Assembly: GCA_965644315.1 (NCBI GenBank)
Contig: CBFFRQ010000109.1
Location: 1 to 61,133, forward strand
DNA from: Caecitellus pseudoparvulus
Taxonomy: Eukaryota > Protista > Bigyra: Bicosoecida
Direction: 5' to 3'
DNA length: 61,133 nucleotides
A program made the translations under genes and the position numbers. The notes below the pieces were generated by a model that made no database searches, was not told where the DNA came from, and was given only the letters and a program-made list of their open reading frames with translations. Of this stretch, positions 56,901-61,133 are shown piece by piece. Positions within the stretch are counted from its first letter, which is position 1. Every line of letters starts with the position of its first letter.

Positions 56901-58008
56901 GGGAGCGGCTGTCGTGTCCCACCCGCCACAGGTTGTGGTGGCAGGGCCAGCTGGCGCCAGCGCTGGCATTGCTGGGGCTGGCGGCGTGTACGCAGCCAGG
57001 AGGTGGGGCAAGCGTCATTGGTGGGCGCGGCAGGCCAGCTCGAACCTGGGATGCAGAGACAAGTGACTTTCCGCACATGGCCGTTGCCGCCTCGCACAGC
57101 CTTGGTGCCTTCTCCTCGCCCGGTGATGACTCGGCTGGCCCGGACGCTGGCGCCGTGCACGTGGTGTACCCGGCCTTCACTGCAGAAGACGTTGGACTGC
57201 AGGCAGAGCCTGGGACGGGTACACGGTCCCTTGCAGTAATGCCGACACCGAGCCGCCCCAGCCTTCGTCGGCACGTCTCGCTTGTCGGGCCTGATCAGGA
57301 CCATGCCCAACTGGCTTCTTTGAATCGGCACAGTGCACAGAGTCTGCACAGGCTGTGCTGCGCACGGTCTCGCGGCCTGGATGCCCTGCGGTGTGCGCAC
57401 ATCTCGGCCTTGGTCCAAGCAGCGACATTGTCTGCGGCAGCGCACTTTCGAACCCCTCACTGGACCCACTTGCTCCCCCCGATCCAGACCAAGCAAGCCC
57501 TTGCAGCAGGTGTACTCTCAGTTCCTGACATCCAAAAGCAAGCCCTCAAGTCGCTCTTTCATCGACCCATGGTGCAAACTGGGCCGCCCATGCACGGTGG
57601 CCGGTGGGCCACCGGCGACCCTTGCAGCGGTGCGTGGCACGGCGTGGCATGCGATGGGCTTCACAGCATGGGTCTGGCTTAGCCCTCCCACGAGTGGGCC
57701 TCAGCGGGAAACTGCCGTCTGATCTGGCCAGCACACTGCCCCACCTGGTGGAGCTTGACATATCCTTCATTCCTGACTGGTCACCTGCCAGACCTATGCA
57801 GCTACTCTTCACCAACCTCCGGGTGCTACACCTGGACCACAACTACTTCCTTGGCCCAGCTCCAGCTTGGCTGGCAACACTCCCGCAGTTGATCAGCCTG
57901 CAGCTGTCAACTTCAGATGAGAGCAGGGGCTGCACAGCAGCCCCAGTCGCAGGCTCTCCTTCGTGGCCGCTGAATCCTTGCGAGACCGAGGCGTGCACGT
58001 GGTGGTGA
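53982..58008 (+). pseudogene. Secreted beta-propeller (ELWxxDG-like) + FG-GAP + LRRNT/LRR protein, many frameshifts (pseudogene or assembly errors)
   Basis: Signal peptide at 53982; VFFAASTKEGRREL; LVVGAPGADVAGVSGAGA, IGAPG..GSGA, PGDDSAGPDAGAVHV; WATGDPCSGAWHGVAC; GLSGKLPSDL, LRVLHLDHNYFLGPAP. Motifs are scattered over all three plus frames. Confidence 0.6.
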
Positions 58009-58073
58009 ACCAACGACGCCCGGCATAGTTGCTCGTTCCTGGTCCTCACGACCCCCCCACCCCGAGGTCACCA

Positions 58074-61000
58074 CTACACGAGGAAACAGCAGCTGACAGG
58101 CTCTGCGACTGCCTGGTGCATTTCGCCGAGCCTGAGCGCCTGCTCAAGCAGACAGGTCGGAGCAGATCTGCTGCTTCGGCCAGCAGCGGCTCCTGAGCCT
58201 CGCAGCTGAGCGGACACAACTCCGGGTGGACCGTGCGTCTGGCACGTGCTTGTCAATGCTGTGGATGGCACGCAGAGCCGACCGCATGACGTCCGTTACT
58301 TGCCCAGAAGACCCTTGGCAGCCTTGGCGGCAACTGGAACGTGGCCTGGAACTGCTCGCAGATGCTCTTCAGGAAGCCCAGCACCAGGGCTCGCGTCGCG
58401 TCATACTGCGTCAAGCGCACCAAGACCTGGTGTGCGAGCAGCTTGACATCGTCAACATCCATCAGCCCCGCCACGACGCGCTCCATGGCCACTTCCAGAC
58501 ACTCGCTCGCGCAGGTGCTGCACGACGGAGTCAGGGTCACGAATGCAGCCTTGCGCAGCGCCTCGCCATCGTCCACATCCACCTTGAAAGGACCCACATC
58601 AGCACCTTGCGCTGCAGCTCCTCGTGGGGCTGCATCTCGTAGCACAGCACTGGCATGATGCCCACCTCCTCGGAGCCCTCCAGGCTTCTCGCTCACCTTG
58701 CCAGCGGCGCTGGTGCCCAGGGCTGTGGGCGAACAGCCCGCGAACCAGCTCCAGGGGCGCTGTGCGAGGGCGTGCAGGGCCTGCACCGCACCCAGGCGAA
58801 CATTGAGGTCGGCGTCTTGCAGGAGGCCCATGAAAGTGCTCATGACCCCAGCGGAGTCCAGCGCTTCCGTGGCTGTGGACGAGTGCAGGCAGCCCTTGAT
58901 GGCAGTGACGCTGGTCCAGCGCTTGTTGGGAGAGTCGCTGGCGGCCATGGCTTCCAGCTCGTGCAGGCACTGCGAGGGGGAGATGCCCACCAGCAGCCCC
59001 AGGCACTCCGCCACGACAGTGCGCTCGCCCTCGTCGTCTGCCCCTGCGCGCGTGTTCAGCACCGGTAGCACGCTGGCAACGTGGGGGGTGAAGTCGGGTC
59101 CGTGAGGCACGACGGGCGCGTGGCGCTTGAGCACTCCTTGCAGCGCGGACAGCAGCAGGTAGTGCCCGCCCTCGGCTGCCGTGGACAGGGACTGCAGCAG
59201 AGACACGAGGCCGACGGAGGGGGAGCCAACAGCGACACCGCCCATGGCAGCCGCAGCGGCCATGCGGACGATGTCCGACTCGCAGGTGAAGGCGCTGACG
59301 ATGGTGTCCAGGGCAGCCGGTGTCGCGCTCAGCACGTCTACAGCCGCGCCGACGTCTGCCAGGATGTGCAGCGCGACGCTGCGCTGGGCGTCAGGCATGG
59401 CGTCGTCCTTGAGCACGGCCCATGGGCTTGCCGGTAGTGGCGCCCTGCACGCTGCCCTCGCCACCAGCCCGCAAGACCACCGCGCTGACACTGGCGATGT
59501 TCAACACGGTCTGCTTCTGCACCGCGACGGGGGCAGCAGCCGTGCCTGAGCCACTGGCGGCAGCGCCCGCCGCACCATCCTCCACAGACGCAGACAGCGC
59601 CTGAGCGAGCGCCTTGGGGTCTGCGCCGCCCTTGGTCACGAGGGCGTGGAAGAAGGCCTTGCAGTCGTCCAGGGCAGCGCCCTTCAGAGCAGGCGAGGCC
59701 ACGAGCTTGATGCTGGGCGCCAGCGCCTTGCCGTGCATGCCTGCGGCAGAGCTGGGGACGTGCTCCAGCACAGCGCAGGCCAGGCGCACGGCGTTCTGTG
59801 CCAGGTTCAAGTCGCTGCCCGCAAGGATGGCGGCAGTGGCGTCCACCAGTGCGTCTGCGGTGGGTGCCAGGTGGCTGCCATGGGAGGCGGTGATGGCGGT
59901 GAGGGTGCCCAGGGAAGCGTGCACCAGCTGCCAGGAGGCCTGCCGCGTCAGCGCAATGCACTGCTCCACGATGGCCTCCAGGACCGTGCCGCTCTCTTCC
60001 ACTGCAACAGAGGACAAGTCCAGCCCCAGAGGCGACTCTGCCACGTGCGTCAGCGCCTTCAGTGCGGCGATGCGGGTTGTCTCCGCTGCCAGGCGGCGCA
60101 GGAAGAGGGGGTAGGTCTGGGCCACCTTGGGCCCCAGCACGTCGCCCAGGTGAGCCACCAGCAGGCCCATGGAGGTGATGGCCATCTCTTTGATTTCCTG
60201 GTCCAAGTCAGCCGCCGCCAGCTTGGGCAGGATGGCGCCGAAGAGCGTGTCCACCAGGCCGGCGTCCTTGCTGCCTGTGGAGTGCATGAGCAGAGCCATG
60301 CGGCCGCTAATGCGCAGGCCCTCCGCGACGCTCTTGAACCAGGAGTCAGACAGCGCCTTGACGGCGATGTCGCACAGCGTGGACATGTGCTCGGGGAAGG
60401 CGGTGGCGGGGATGCAGTCGGGCATCTGCCGCACCATGAGCAGGGCTGCCTGCCGCACGCTGGTGTTGCCATCGGCCAGTGCGGGGGGCACGGCACCCAG
60501 CGAGCTGCCCACACCTCCAGCTCCAGGTGGTGCCCTGATGCAAGCACGAGTCCGCCCAGGACGTTGAAGCAGGCTGCTCGCGTCTTGACGTCGCGTGCCT
60601 CCGTCTTGCCCAGCAGCTTGATCGCTTCGGCGACGATGCTGGACACCATGGCGTTCAGGGTGAACCTGCTGCGCTGGCGCACCAGGGGAGCCGGCTGCAG
60701 TGGCGCAGGGGCGCGACAGGCACTGCGCCTGCCTCTGAGCTGCCAGCTGGGGCGCTGGCTCCGCTCGCGCGGTCTGCAGCGCTGCCCTCCACCACCGCAT
60801 GGCTTTGAGCAGGGCCACGAAGCACTTGAGCACGTCCACGCGCACCGTCTGCTCGCGCTCACGGAACTGCACCAGCAGGGGGCTGGCGATCTTGGCGTAC
60901 GCGTCGTGCAGGCGCTCGGGGCGGGTGGAGATGATGCCGGTCAGGACAGCCACGGCGCCACGTCGCACCTTCCAGCTGGTGTCGTCGTCCACCTCCACTT

Positions 61001-61133
61001 CGTCGTACTCGCCATACTCATCGTCCATGTCCAGCCCCTCGTCGTCATCGCTCCCGTACTCGTCGTCGCTCTCCATGGCGTCGTAGTCGAAGTTCGGGTC
61101 GAAGTCCAGGAACTGCACCGCCACGTCAGTGAT
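58074..61133 (-). CDS. CAND1: Cullin-associated NEDD8-dissociated protein 1, 5'-incomplete, with apparent indels
   Basis: DPNF..D..DDDTSWKVRR, FREREQTVRVDV, DLDQEIKEMAI, RLAAETTR, DEGERTVVAECLG, DVGPFK..VDDG..LRKAAF. Frame changes near 60700, 60520, 59425 and 58530. Confidence 0.9.

Noticed and set aside
1-61133. tRNA, rRNA or telomeric repeats
   Set aside because: None recognised by eye; tRNAscan-SE or Infernal would be needed to exclude small RNAs.

Overview
Eukaryotic, GC-rich, gene-dense DNA with short GT-AG introns (about 60-100 nt; GTGAG/GTGCG donors, ..CAG acceptors); this fits a heterotrophic protist, possibly a stramenopile, but the taxon is inference only. The window has two compartments. 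Right (about 36.9-61.1 kb): single-copy genes: Tim17/22-like, GT61-like, CDKL kinase, a coiled-coil protein, an EF-hand-RDD fusion, a Sin1-CRIM protein, LSm5, an L-type lectin, DUF707, a frameshifted beta-propeller/FG-GAP/LRR gene and CAND1. Left (1 to about 36.4 kb): a duplicating and decaying accessory array. It holds three paralogous P-loop NTPase + PD-(D/E)xK-like nuclease genes (Crinkler/RHS-type architecture) plus a relic fourth copy, two large Cys-rich multipass membrane proteins plus a relic third, two intronless 38-aa ankyrin arrays with position-specific variability, a DxxH-type DDE transposase and an FN3 pseudogene. The most notable observation is that all three NTPase-nuclease genes begin, after splicing, with mitochondrial-presequence-like leaders. 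Only one keeps both catalytic motif sets, and they alternate on one strand with the membrane-protein genes in a duplicated cassette. This is a candidate undescribed receptor / mitochondrial NTPase-nuclease conflict (defence, cell-death or toxin-antidote) locus. All family calls are by-eye motif recognition, not database results. Indels in CAND1 warn that some frameshifts may be assembly errors.
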